DNA of 54,090 bases from Candidatus Parvarchaeota archaeon (GTDB lineage: Archaea > Nanobdellota > Nanobdellia > JAFCGN01), in assembly GCA_017609105.1 (NCBI GenBank), contig JAFCEQ010000002.1, forward strand, positions 1 to 54,090, written 5' to 3'. The translations under genes and the position numbers were made by a program. Below the pieces are notes generated by a model. It did not search any database. It was not told the origin of the DNA and saw nothing but the letters and a program-made list of their open reading frames with translations. Below, piece after piece: positions 1 to 9,500 of the stretch; position 1 is the stretch's first letter, and each line of letters begins with the position of its first letter.

Positions 1-17
1 TTGTTGATGAAAAAAAT

Positions 18-329
18 GTGAAAAAGGCGCATGAGGAATTAATAAAATTAATGAAAAAGGAACAAACATTGAATATTGAAGAAGTTTTTGCGAAAACTTT
101 TGAAAAAAATAAGAATGTTTTCACTGTTTTTGTAATTATTCCAAAAGGATTTACAAAAAAATACGGAAGAATAGATAAAAAATTATGGGAATCACTTCCT
201 AATAAAATAATTTCTAAGATTAAAAATAAAGTTTATCTTTCTTTTAGCACGCAAATTGATAAGAATTTGAATAATAAAATTGAAGAAACTTTAAGTTCTT
301 TTTCAGAGAATATTGTATTAAAAAGATAG
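18..329 (+). CDS. hypothetical Lys-rich protein; possibly the C-terminal part of a longer gene starting upstream of the window
   Basis: 103-aa ORF from the track (GTG at 18). The frame stays open back to position 3, so the N-terminus may lie outside the window. No motif recognised. Confidence 0.4.
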   Translation: MKKAHEELIKLMKKEQTLNIEEVFAKTFEKNKNVFTVFVIIPKGFTKKYGRIDKKLWESLPNKIISKIKNKVYLSFSTQIDKNLNNKIEETLSSFSENIVLKR

Positions 330-350
330 TTTTAAAAATACATAGAAAAA

Positions 351-358
351 TATTTAAT
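351..358 (+). promoter_or_regulatory. TATA-like box upstream of tRNA-Pro
   Basis: TATTTAAT centred about 30 nt upstream of the tRNA 5' end at 385, the usual archaeal TATA-to-start spacing plus a short leader. Confidence 0.35.
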
Positions 359-384
359 GAGGGGAATGAATTTTAAGAAAGAGT

Positions 385-459
385 GGGTTCGTCGTCTAGC
401 CTGGTCTAGGATTCGAGGTTTGGGACCTCGCGACCCCGGTTCAAATCCGGGCGAACCCA
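385..459 (+). tRNA. tRNA-Pro (anticodon UGG)
   Basis: Hand-folded cloverleaf: acceptor GGGTTCG/CGAACCC, anticodon stem CGAGG/CCTCG with loop TT-TGG-GA, T arm CCCGG-TTCAAAT-CCGGG, discriminator A. 75 nt, no encoded CCA. Confidence 0.9.
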
Positions 460-548
460 CATAAATTTATTAAGAAAAATATATTAAGTAAAGTTTATAA
501 GTGATTATTTCAGAATGATAAACATAAATTATGAGTAATTCTTTATTA

Positions 549-648
549 GGTGACAAAAACATGAATCCACAATTAAGTGAAAACAAAATGAAAGATTTGG
601 TGACAAAAACATGAATCCACAATTAAGTGAAAACAAAATGAAAGATTT
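549..648. repeat. perfect 2 x 50 bp tandem duplication covering the RBS, ATG and first 12 codons of the proteasome beta gene
   Basis: 549-598 and 599-648 are identical: GGTGACAAAAACATGAATCCACAATTAAGTGAAAACAAAATGAAAGATTT. Confidence 0.95.
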
Positions 649-1264
649 AATAAAAAAAGGGACAACAACAGTCGGTATTGTATGCAAGGATGGCGTTATT
701 CTTGCTGCTGACCAAAGAGTTAGTATGGGGAATTTAAATATTCATAGAATTACGAAAATTGAAAAAATTACTGATAATGTTGCTGTAACAATGGCAGGTT
801 CTGTTGGTGATAATCAACTCATAATCAAGTACTTGCGTTCTCAAATGGAGTTATGGACTATAAGAAGAGGTAAAAAACCTTCTTCAAAAGCTTGCGCTAC
901 TCTTCTTGCGAACATTCTTGCAGGAGGAAAAGGTTATTTTCCTTTTTATGTTCAAATGCTGCTCGCAGGTTATGATGAAGATAATACAGGGCATTTATTT
1001 AGTTTAGGCCCTGACGGTTCTTTAATAGAAGATAATTTTGTTTCAACAGGAAGTGGAAGCGTTTTTGCTTACGGCGTTCTTGATGAACATTTAAGAAATA
1101 AGGCGATTACAATTAAAGAAGCTATTCCTATTGCAGTGAAAGCAATAAATGCTGCGATAAGAAGGGATTTATACACTGGAGAGGGAATAACTGTTTTTGT
1201 TCTTGATAAGAACGGAATAAACAAGCTTTCAAAAACAGAAGTTGAAAAAAATTTAAAATATTAA
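611..1264 (+). CDS. psmB: proteasome subunit beta (Ntn hydrolase with propeptide)
   Basis: Short propeptide, then the G/TTTVGI catalytic Thr context (KKG-TTTVGIVCKDGVILAADQR). Length of 217 aa is typical for archaeal PsmB. Confidence 0.93.
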   Translation: MNPQLSENKMKDLIKKGTTTVGIVCKDGVILAADQRVSMGNLNIHRITKIEKITDNVAVTMAGSVGDNQLIIKYLRSQMELWTIRRGKKPSSKACATLLANILAGGKGYFPFYVQMLLAGYDEDNTGHLFSLGPDGSLIEDNFVSTGSGSVFAYGVLDEHLRNKAITIKEAIPIAVKAINAAIRRDLYTGEGITVFVLDKNGINKLSKTEVEKNLKY

Positions 1265-1322
1265 AATTTTACATTTTATTTCATTTCATTTTCAAATTTT
1301 TGAAAAAAAATCGGTTTTTTAA

Positions 1323-3221
1323 ATGGAAGCAAAAAAATTAATTGAAAATATAAAAAAATTATTGCCTTCAGACGCGATGATTACTGATTATGCTTTTGAA
1401 GGCGCGAATATTGTTCTTTACACAAAGAACAAATTGTTTTTATTTAATCATAAGACTTCAATAAAAAAAGTAGTGGAAACAATAAAGAAAAGAGTTGAAG
1501 TAAGGCCTGACACCATATTATTGAGAGACCCTGAATCAACAAAAAAAGAAATCTTAGAAATGGTTCCAAAAGAAGCAGGAATTAAGGATTTATGGTTTGA
1601 TGAAAAAAGAAGTATTGTTATCATAGAAGCTGATAAACCTGGAATAATTATAGGTAAGAATGGAGCGCTTCTTGAAAAAATAAGGAATAATACGATTTGG
1701 ATTCCAAAAGTAAGAAGAGCGCCTGTTGTTAAATCTGATATAATAAGAACAATAAGATTAACTTATTATCAGAACTCTGATTATAGGAGGAAGTTCTTGA
1801 ATGAACTTGGAAAAAAAATTTATGTGGATTGGAATAGAAATGAAAAGTATTGGGTGCGAATTTCTGCTTTAGGAGGTTTTAGAGAAGTTGGGCGTTCTTG
1901 TTTATTACTTCAAACCCCTATTAGCAAGGTTTTAATTGATTGCGGAGTAAATGTTGCTAATGAGAGGAATGCATTTCCGCATTTAGAAGCACCAGAGTTT
2001 AATATTAAAGATTTAGACGCAGTTATAATAACGCACGCTCATTTAGATCATCATGGATTTCTTCCATACTTATTCAAGTATGGGTATAAAGGCCCGGTTT
2101 ATTGCACTGAACCAACAAGAGATATAATGACGCTTTTAGAATTAGATTATGTTGATATAGCGCAAAAAGAAGCAAAAAAAGTTCTTTATGATTCAAGAGA
2201 TATAAAAGAAATGGTTAAACACACAGTATGCTTTGAGTATGGAGAAGTAAATGATATTACACCAGATATAAGAATAACTTTTCATAATGCAGGGCATATT
2301 CTTGGTAGTTCAATGGTTCATTTAAACATTGGAGAGGGTTTCCATAATTTTCTTGTAACAAGTGATTTTAAATTCTTGGATAGCAAGCTCTTGAATAAAG
2401 CAGAAACAAGTTTTTTAAGATTAGAAACTGTAATGATTGAAAGCACTTACGGTTCAAAAGATGATGTTCTTAAGCCGCGTAGAGAAGCTGAACTTGATTT
2501 AATTAATTATGTTTCTAAAACAATTAATAGAGGAGGAAAAGTTTTAATTCCAGTATTAGGTGTTGGAAGAGCTCAAGAAGTAATGCTCATACTTGAAGAA
2601 GCAGTAAGAAAAAAATTGCTTCCTGAGATTCCAATATTTATTGATGGCATGGTTTGGGATATTGCTGCAATAACAACGACTTATCCTGAGTTTTTGAACA
2701 AGAAAATAAGAAACTTAATATTCCAACAAGACCATAATCCCTTCTTAAACCCAATATTTAAGAGAGTTGGTTCAAACAAGGAAAGAAAAGAAGTTATTGA
2801 AGAAACAGGTCCTTGCGTTATTCTTGCCACAAGCGGTATGCTTGTTGGAGGCCCTTCTGTTGAATACTTAAAAGCATTAAGTGATAATGCTAAGAATTCC
2901 TTAATTTTTGTAGCATATCAAGGACAAGGAAGTCCAGGAAGAGACATACAAAACGGGGCTAAAGAAATTTATTTAGAACATGAAGGAAAGAAAATGCTTG
3001 TTCCAATAAAATTAGAACATCACACAATACACGCGCTCACAGGACATTCTGATAGGAATGAATTAATTAATTTTGTTAAATCCTTGAATCCAAGACCAAA
3101 GAGAATAATAATAAATCATGGTGAAAGTTCTAAATGTTTGGATATTGCATCAACCTTGCATAAAATAATGAAAGTTGAAACAAGTGCGCCAAGAAATCTT
3201 GATGCATTAAGGATTAGATAA
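1323..3221 (+). CDS. aCPSF1/FttA-type KH-domain beta-CASP metallo-beta-lactamase ribonuclease
   Basis: 632 aa. N-terminal KH-like region (GIIIGKNG), metallo-beta-lactamase motif HAHLDHHG, beta-CASP C-terminal motifs (TGHSD, INHGE). Confidence 0.9.
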   Translation: MEAKKLIENIKKLLPSDAMITDYAFEGANIVLYTKNKLFLFNHKTSIKKVVETIKKRVEVRPDTILLRDPESTKKEILEMVPKEAGIKDLWFDEKRSIVIIEADKPGIIIGKNGALLEKIRNNTIWIPKVRRAPVVKSDIIRTIRLTYYQNSDYRRKFLNELGKKIYVDWNRNEKYWVRISALGGFREVGRSCLLLQTPISKVLIDCGVNVANERNAFPHLEAPEFNIKDLDAVIITHAHLDHHGFLPYLFKYGYKGPVYCTEPTRDIMTLLELDYVDIAQKEAKKVLYDSRDIKEMVKHTVCFEYGEVNDITPDIRITFHNAGHILGSSMVHLNIGEGFHNFLVTSDFKFLDSKLLNKAETSFLRLETVMIESTYGSKDDVLKPRREAELDLINYVSKTINRGGKVLIPVLGVGRAQEVMLILEEAVRKKLLPEIPIFIDGMVWDIAAITTTYPEFLNKKIRNLIFQQDHNPFLNPIFKRVGSNKERKEVIEETGPCVILATSGMLVGGPSVEYLKALSDNAKNSLIFVAYQGQGSPGRDIQNGAKEIYLEHEGKKMLVPIKLEHHTIHALTGHSDRNELINFVKSLNPRPKRIIINHGESSKCLDIASTLHKIMKVETSAPRNLDALRIR

Positions 3222-3277
3222 AAAAAATTTAAAGAATATCATAATCTTTTTATTCTAAACTCGTTTTATTTTAATTC

Positions 3278-3781
3278 ATGTCTGAAGAATATACTGTAGC
3301 AGGAACAAGCAAAGTCAGGTATGTTGGTGTTTTTGATTTAGGAGAAGTATATAAATTGCTTTACGATTTATTAACAGCAGAAAATTATACTGTTGAAGAA
3401 GAAAAATATAAGGAAAAAATAACAAACGCAGGCAAACAAATTGAAATTAATTGGGTTGCTGAAAAAAAAGTTGATGATTACACAATGTTCGTGATTAAGA
3501 TTTCTTATTTTATTGTAGGATTAGAAAAAGTTAAAGTTAAGAGAGATGGCGTTGAAGTAAGCATGAATAAAGGAGATATTGAAATTGCTTTTAAAGCAAT
3601 TCTTAAAACAGATTATGAGAATAGGTGGGAAACCTCTCCAATTCTTAAATTTCTTAAAGGAATCTATGATGTTTATATTTACAAAAGCACTTTTGAGAAT
3701 TGGAAGAAACAAATTTATAATGAAATGTATTCAATTCAAAATGAAATAAAATCGCATTTCAATCTTTCAAGATTCTTATAA
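3278..3781 (+). CDS. hypothetical protein
   Basis: 167-aa ORF with coding-like composition. No motif recognised. Confidence 0.5.
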   Translation: MSEEYTVAGTSKVRYVGVFDLGEVYKLLYDLLTAENYTVEEEKYKEKITNAGKQIEINWVAEKKVDDYTMFVIKISYFIVGLEKVKVKRDGVEVSMNKGDIEIAFKAILKTDYENRWETSPILKFLKGIYDVYIYKSTFENWKKQIYNEMYSIQNEIKSHFNLSRFL

Positions 3782-3797
3782 AAAAAATTTTTCATTA

Positions 3798-4439
3798 TTA
3801 TTTTAATAACAATTTTTTCCAAAACTTTTTACTTGTTCTAAAGATTTTAAAATTTGCTTTAATACTATTCCCTAATCTTGGATTATTCCTTCTTATTGAT
3901 TTAATCATAACATTTTTTGTTTTAAAACCATTGTTCACGCAATTTAATTTGAATTCAGCACCATAAGTATTTTCTTTTTCAAAATATCCTATTCTCTCGT
4001 AAACACTTTTCTTGAATGCAACGAAACCGCAGAATAAATCCTGAACACCTTTTTTTGAAGAAAACCATGAAAGAATTTTTTCAGATATTCTTGGAATCGT
4101 TTTTCTCTTCCCAAACACCACGTCATTATTTTCTAAATATTTTAAGAATTTCGGAATATCCTTTGGATTATGTTCATTATCAGAATCCATTAAAACAATT
4201 ATTTCTTCTTTTATGTTTTTCAAAGCTTTTTCAATAGACATTGAAGGACCAATACTTTTCTTATTTTTCACTACTTCTGCACCATACTTTTTCGCGATTT
4301 TAGAAGTATTATCAGTGGAAGCATCATCAATTATTGTTACATTATAATTAATTAATTTTGGGAGAAGAATCTTCAAATTATTTTCTTCATTTTTTGCAGG
4401 CATGATTATCCTAATTGATTTGCTTTTCCTTTTCTTCAT
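3798..4439 (-). CDS. family 2 glycosyltransferase (dolichyl-phosphate sugar transferase-like)
   Basis: IIMPAKNEE...IIDDASTDNT...DSD pattern typical of GT2/DPM1-like enzymes. I prefer the internal start MKKRK (ATG complement at 4437-4439) over the track start at 4508. Confidence 0.8.
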   Translation of the reverse strand: MKKRKSKSIRIIMPAKNEENNLKILLPKLINYNVTIIDDASTDNTSKIAKKYGAEVVKNKKSIGPSMSIEKALKNIKEEIIVLMDSDNEHNPKDIPKFLKYLENNDVVFGKRKTIPRISEKILSWFSSKKGVQDLFCGFVAFKKSVYERIGYFEKENTYGAEFKLNCVNNGFKTKNVMIKSIRRNNPRLGNSIKANFKIFRTSKKFWKKLLLK

Positions 4440-4551
4440 TTCATTAACACAACACAATCTTATTAATAAGAGTTTAAAAAATTTTACAAAAACATTTTGA
4501 TATAACAATGTTTTTAAAGGAATAAAATTCTATTTATTTTTGGCAAGGCTA

Positions 4552-4627
4552 TGCCCCTACATGAAGGTACCTGAGGGAGATTGTTGAAAAACTGCAATGA
4601 ATTCAGGGGTTAGTGTTTAGGGGCACA
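4552..4627 (+). ncRNA. candidate H/ACA-like guide sRNA (speculative)
   Basis: GC-rich island in an AT-rich spacer. An 8-bp lower stem TGCCCCTA (4552-4559) / TAGGGGCA (4618-4625) runs straight into ACA (4625-4627). Internal loop strands CATGAAGGT and TAGTGTT flank an upper stem ACCTGA/TCAGG(GG)T. The top of the 3' loop strand (4611) lies 14 nt from ACA. TATA-like AATAAAAT at 4521-4528. Confidence 0.3.
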
Positions 4628-4817
4628 CTTATCATTAATTTAGTAAAAATCATTTAAAAAACAGTTGATAATGGATTCAATTATTTAAATCCCAAATCAC
4701 TTTCACAAAATCATGATAAATGAAATTCATAAGAAAGTAATTCATAGAATGTACTTAAAGGATAAGAAAATTAATTCCTTTATCAGTTGTTTTTTAAAAG
4801 AATGGAGGTAAGGTTTT

Positions 4818-6002
4818 ATGGGTAAAATTGCTCCAGTTTCAGCAAAATATATTATTAATGCAAAAATAGATGTTGAAGGCGTTGTAGAAAAACCTGATGT
4901 AATAGGCGCTATTTTTGGACAAACAGAAGGACTTTTAGGTTCTGACTTAGAATTAAGAGAATTGCAAAAATCTGGAAAAATAGGAAGAATAGATGTTGAA
5001 TTAAAAACAGAAGAAGGGAAAACAAGCGGGACAATAACAATTCCAAGCAGTTTAGATAAAACAGAAACAGCAGTTATTGGTGCTGCAATAGAAACAATTC
5101 AAAGAATCGGTCCGTGCGATTCAAAAGTTGAAATAACAAACATAGAAGATGTTAGAATTAACAAAAGAGAATTTCTTATGAAAAGAGCAAAGGATTTATT
5201 GAAAACACTTGAAGCTAAAACTCCTGAAGCACAAGAAATAACAGAGAAAGTAAGAAGTTCTGTGAGGAAAAGTGAAATTGTTGAATTAGGCCCTGATAGG
5301 CTTTCAGCAGGCCCTGAATTCCTTTCAAGTGATGAAATAATCCTTGTTGAAGGAAGAGCAGATGTTTTAAATTTATTGAAGCACGGCATAAACAATTGTT
5401 TAGAAGTGAACGGAACTAACATACCTAAATCAATTGAAAAACTTTGCAAAGGAAAAGAAATAACAGTATTAGTTGATGGTGATAGAGGAGGAGACCTAAT
5501 TATTAAAGCATTAAAGGAATTAGTGGATATCTCTTTTATTGCAAAAGCTCCTGAAGGAAAAGAAGTGGAAGAATTAACTAGCAAGGAATTACTTAAAACA
5601 TTAAGAGCAAGAATGCCATTATATGAAATGAAAAAAGAACGCAAACCTGTTAAAAAATCAAATTACAAGAGAACTTATGTTAAAAAAACAATAACAAGAA
5701 GCGCAAGAATACCTAAAGGATTAAAAACAGATTTTATTAAAATAATGAATGAATTAATTGGAACAAAAGGAGCTTATCTTCTTGATAAGGACTTGAATAT
5801 TTTAGGCAAAATACCTATTGATTCATTAATTGAAACAGTGCCTAACGTGGAGAACGCTTATGCAGTGCTTTTAGACGGAGAAATTGATAATGAATTAGCA
5901 AAAAAAGCAAGTTATGCAGGTGTTAAATTCTTAATAGGAACATCAAAAACAGCGCTTTACACAAAAGGAGTTAAAGTTCTTACAATAGAAGAACTTGAAT
6001 AA
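4818..6002 (+). CDS. dnaG: archaeal DnaG (TOPRIM primase-like, exosome-associated)
   Basis: N-terminus KYIINAKIDVEGVVEKPDVIGAIFGQTEGLLG is characteristic of archaeal DnaG. TOPRIM motifs ILVEGRAD and VDGDRGGDLI. GGAGGT RBS upstream. Confidence 0.9.
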   Translation: MGKIAPVSAKYIINAKIDVEGVVEKPDVIGAIFGQTEGLLGSDLELRELQKSGKIGRIDVELKTEEGKTSGTITIPSSLDKTETAVIGAAIETIQRIGPCDSKVEITNIEDVRINKREFLMKRAKDLLKTLEAKTPEAQEITEKVRSSVRKSEIVELGPDRLSAGPEFLSSDEIILVEGRADVLNLLKHGINNCLEVNGTNIPKSIEKLCKGKEITVLVDGDRGGDLIIKALKELVDISFIAKAPEGKEVEELTSKELLKTLRARMPLYEMKKERKPVKKSNYKRTYVKKTITRSARIPKGLKTDFIKIMNELIGTKGAYLLDKDLNILGKIPIDSLIETVPNVENAYAVLLDGEIDNELAKKASYAGVKFLIGTSKTALYTKGVKVLTIEELE

Positions 6003-6088
6003 AAACAATTAATTATTTTTTTTTATTATTATTTTTTTTTAATTTTCTTTTCAGTAATCTTTAATAAGAGAATAAGTTCTTTAATTTT

Positions 6089-6360
6089 TGTAAGCTAGAG
6101 GGGGGGTTAGGCGTCCCCTATTGCTGGAAACCGTCTACATGCCAGCCTCGAAAGCTTGGAGGCGGCTTGCTGAACAAATCAATGTTCTTGTTCGGCGCGC
6201 TGAAGCCTCGTCCTGTCTGATTGCAAGAACTGTGAACCGTGTCAGGCCGGGAACGGAGCAGCACTAAGCAGTTTTTGTAATGCTGATAGGTTAGCGGGGT
6301 GGAGCAATGAATAAGAACCTCTTGTTTTTGGGATGCAAGTCCACTCCAAGCCCGCTTACA
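6089..6360 (+). ncRNA. signal recognition particle RNA (7S/SRP RNA)
   Basis: About 270-nt GC-rich block. It contains the helix-8 signature GTCAGGCCGGGAACGGAGCAGC (6241-6262) and the 3' side GCTGATAGG...GGTGGAGCAATGAATAAGAACC, resembling the conserved S-domain. 5'/3' ends pair (TGTAAGC 6089-6095 with GCTTACA 6354-6360). TATA-like TTTAATAA at 6060-6067. T-run follows directly (6362-6370). Confidence 0.8.
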
Positions 6361-6425
6361 ATTTTTTTTTAATTCTAAAAAATTTTTTTCAGGCAAACAA
6401 AAATTTTGTTTAAAAAACATAGAAG

Positions 6426-6498
6426 TGGGCTCGGCAGGATTTGAACCTGCGACCCCCGCGGTGTAAACGCGATGTCATAGCCACTAGACCACGAGCCC
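6426..6498 (-). tRNA. tRNA-Val (anticodon UAC)
   Basis: Reverse complement folds as GGGCTCG...CGAGCCC-A, anticodon stem TCGCG/CGCGG with loop TT-TAC-AC, T arm GCAGG-TTCAAAT-CCTGC. Confidence 0.9.
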
Positions 6499-6579
6499 TC
6501 TTTTAAGAATAAGGAATTTTTTCATTATTTAAAGTTTGTTTTTTATTCTTTCACTACTTACTTCTTCTAAAAAAACTTT

Positions 6580-9500
6580 TTATTTATCCATATACTTTTC
6601 CACATCATCAAGCTTAATGCTTACAACCTGGCTTATTTTTTTGTCATTACAACTTACACCATAAAGTTTGTCAGTCATCATAATTATTTCATCATTATGA
6701 GTTATTACAATGAATTGAGTTCTTTTAGAATACTCTCTTATGCGAAGAGCTAACTTCTCACTATTTGTTTTATCTAATGCAGAATCAATTTCATCAACAA
6801 TGTAGAATGGAGCAATCTTATAATCTTGTATTGCAAATAAGAATGCTATTGTTACAAGAGTTTTTTCCCCGCCACTTAATAAATTCAAAGAAGACATTTT
6901 TTTCCCAGCAGGCCTTGCCACTATCTCAAGCCCTCCTTCTAATGGGTTCTCAGGAGTTTCTAATGTTAATCTTGCTTCTCCTTCAGGACTTAAATAACTG
7001 AAGGACTCATTAAATTTATTATTCACTTCTTTTAAAGTATTAAGGAACACGAATTTCTTTTTTCCTTCAATCTGCGATATTAAATTAAGAACGCTTTCTT
7101 TTTCTTTTTCAAGTTCTTCAGATTTCTCGCTTAACACTTCAAAATCATTTCTTACATGAGCGTATTTATCAAGAGCTTTCATATTCACTGCTCCATAATT
7201 TGCAATCGTTCTTCTAAGATTTGACTCTTCCTCCATTAATTCTTTCAATGTTTTTCTTGTACCACTCACTTCTAAATTTGAAAATTCCTTTAACCTCTCT
7301 TTTAATCCAGCAATCTCTCCAACAATCTCTGATTTCCTTATTTTTAATTCATTTCTTTTTTCTTCTTTTCTTTCTATCATTCCCTTATTTTTTATTTGAG
7401 AAAGCCTTAATTTTTCTAATTCCTGATTTAATTTCTTTCTTCTCTTATTCAATTTTTCAATATTTGTGAAAAACTTCTTTTTATACTCTATTTTTTCTTT
7501 TAAAATCTTCTTTGATTTCTTTAAGAAATCCTCCATTTGCTTTATATCAAGTTTAAATCCTTTTTCTTGTTTATCTAATTGATTTAATATGCTTTCAATC
7601 CTTTTATTCTCTCCTTCTAACACTTTTGTTAATTCAGCTTCCATTGCCTTTATTTTTAAGAAAAGATCTTCATGTTCTTTTTTAAGAAGCTTAACTTCTT
7701 TCTCTATTTTTTCAAGTTCTTCTTTGCTTATCGTTTTCTTCGTGCTTGAAAGCATTAATTCAATTTTCTTTTTTTCTTCTTTTAATTTTCTTAAATTCCT
7801 TCTAACATCATCTTCTTTCGGAAGTTTCTCATCAATCCTTCTTTCTATTTCTTTTAATTGCATTTTTATTAAATTAATATTCTGTTTTATTTCAGAGAGT
7901 TCATTAGTGTAATTAGTAATAATACTAAGAATCCTATTTTTTTCTGCCCCAAGCTTAACCTTATAATTTTTGTAATTTTCTAAATTATTTCTTATTTCTT
8001 CAATTTTTCTTTCATTATCATCATCCTTGAATCCAATAGAACTGGTTTCAGAACCCCCAATAATTAAATTATTTTTTATTACAATGCCTTCCTTATTTAC
8101 TGCAATCTTGTTTAAAGGCACTTTGCTTAAATCTTCAACGATTAAACTATCTTTAAAAAGCCATTTAATAGCTTTCTCAAATTTTTTATCAAATTTTATT
8201 AAATCAATCGCTCTTTTCTCCTTAGTCTTGGATTTAATTTTAATATCCTTCAATTCTTTCAAAGGAAGTAATTTCGCCCTCCCAAGTTTATTCTTTTTTA
8301 AATAATTAATGCATTTTAAAGCAGTGCTCTTATCTTCAACCACAATTGTTTTAAGATTATCTCCTGCAAGTTCTTTATAAGCATTAGCGTATTCACTTGG
8401 AACAGTTATTAATTCAGCGAAAGTTCCAAAAATTTTTTTACCAATCTCAGGGTTCTTCCGTAATTTTAAAATCTCAATCACACCAGCATCAGAAAAACTT
8501 TGCTTTAACTTAATTCTCTCCTCAACCCTTGTCTTCTCAGTTAAAAGATAATTAATGTACTTTTCAACTTCATCTTCCTTTTTTATTATCTCATTTTTAA
8601 GCTCTTTCTGCTTTGAAATCTTGCTTGTTGATATCTTCATTTTCTTGTTAAGCAATAAAAGTTCTTTTTCTAATTTTGTTTTTTTCTTCTGAAGTTCATT
8701 ATTCTCAACAATTTTTTCAAGCTCATTCTTTAACTTCACAACTTCTTCTTCAATGCTTAAAGACTTTCTCTGAAGTTCATAAAATTGTTCCCCTGACTTG
8801 TTTTCTTCAAGAAATTCTTCTTTCTTTTTCACTTTTTCTTCTAATGTTTTTAATCTTTCTTTTTCAACACTTATTTTTTTCTTCAATTCTTTTTGCTTTC
8901 TCTCATTCTCAAGCTTTTCATTCCTCGTGTTCACTTTCTTTTCTTTTAAACCCTCTAATTGTTGTTTATTGTTTTTAATTAACTCTTCTTTGCTTTCAAT
9001 ATTAATTCTTAATTCCCGTATCTCATCTTCAATTTTTTTGCTTTCCTCTTCACCTTCTTTTTCTATTTTTACCTTCAATTCCTTTAATTCTTCCTCAGTT
9101 CTTGTTTCCTTCTCTTTTAAGATTTTTATTTCATTATTTATTTTAAAAATCTCATTATTTATTTTGTTAATATTAACATTTATTTCATCAAGTTTTTTTC
9201 TTGCCCCCTCCAACTTCTTATTCAATATTTGTGCTTCAATATAATTTAACTTATTTTTTAGTTTAACATACTTCTCCGCTGTTTTCTTCTCTTCAAGCAA
9301 ACTCTGCAATTGTTTTTCCTTCTCTTTTTTAACAATATTCAATTCCTTTATCTTATTCTCAACCTTCTGCAATTCCTTTAACGCCTTCTCTTTTTTAATC
9401 TCAAAAACAGAAATCCCAGCAATATCCTTAATAATCCCTGCTCTTTCTTCAGGATTCATCTCAATAAATCTTGCAATCTCCCCCTGCTTAATAATGTTAA

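Noticed and set aside
3798-4508. Long form of the GT2 ORF starting at 4508
   Set aside because: The first 23 codons (MLYQNVFVKFFKLLLIRLCCVNE) precede the typical GT2 N-terminus. The internal MKKRK start at 4439 fits the family better. Only the start is revised; the gene is kept.
6118-6420. 100-aa ORF on the minus strand
   Set aside because: It lies entirely within the GC-rich SRP RNA on the opposite strand. The open frame is a by-product of GC-rich structured RNA in an AT-rich genome.
6765-9244. Several 78-148-aa plus-strand ORFs inside smc (Phe/Leu/Ser-rich). Similar antisense ORFs occur inside dnaG (5099-5644), cdc48, rad50, herA and others
   Set aside because: They are antisense to long, well-supported K/E-rich genes. 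AAR/GAR codons read as TTY/YTC on the other strand and avoid stops. They have low-complexity composition and no RBS.
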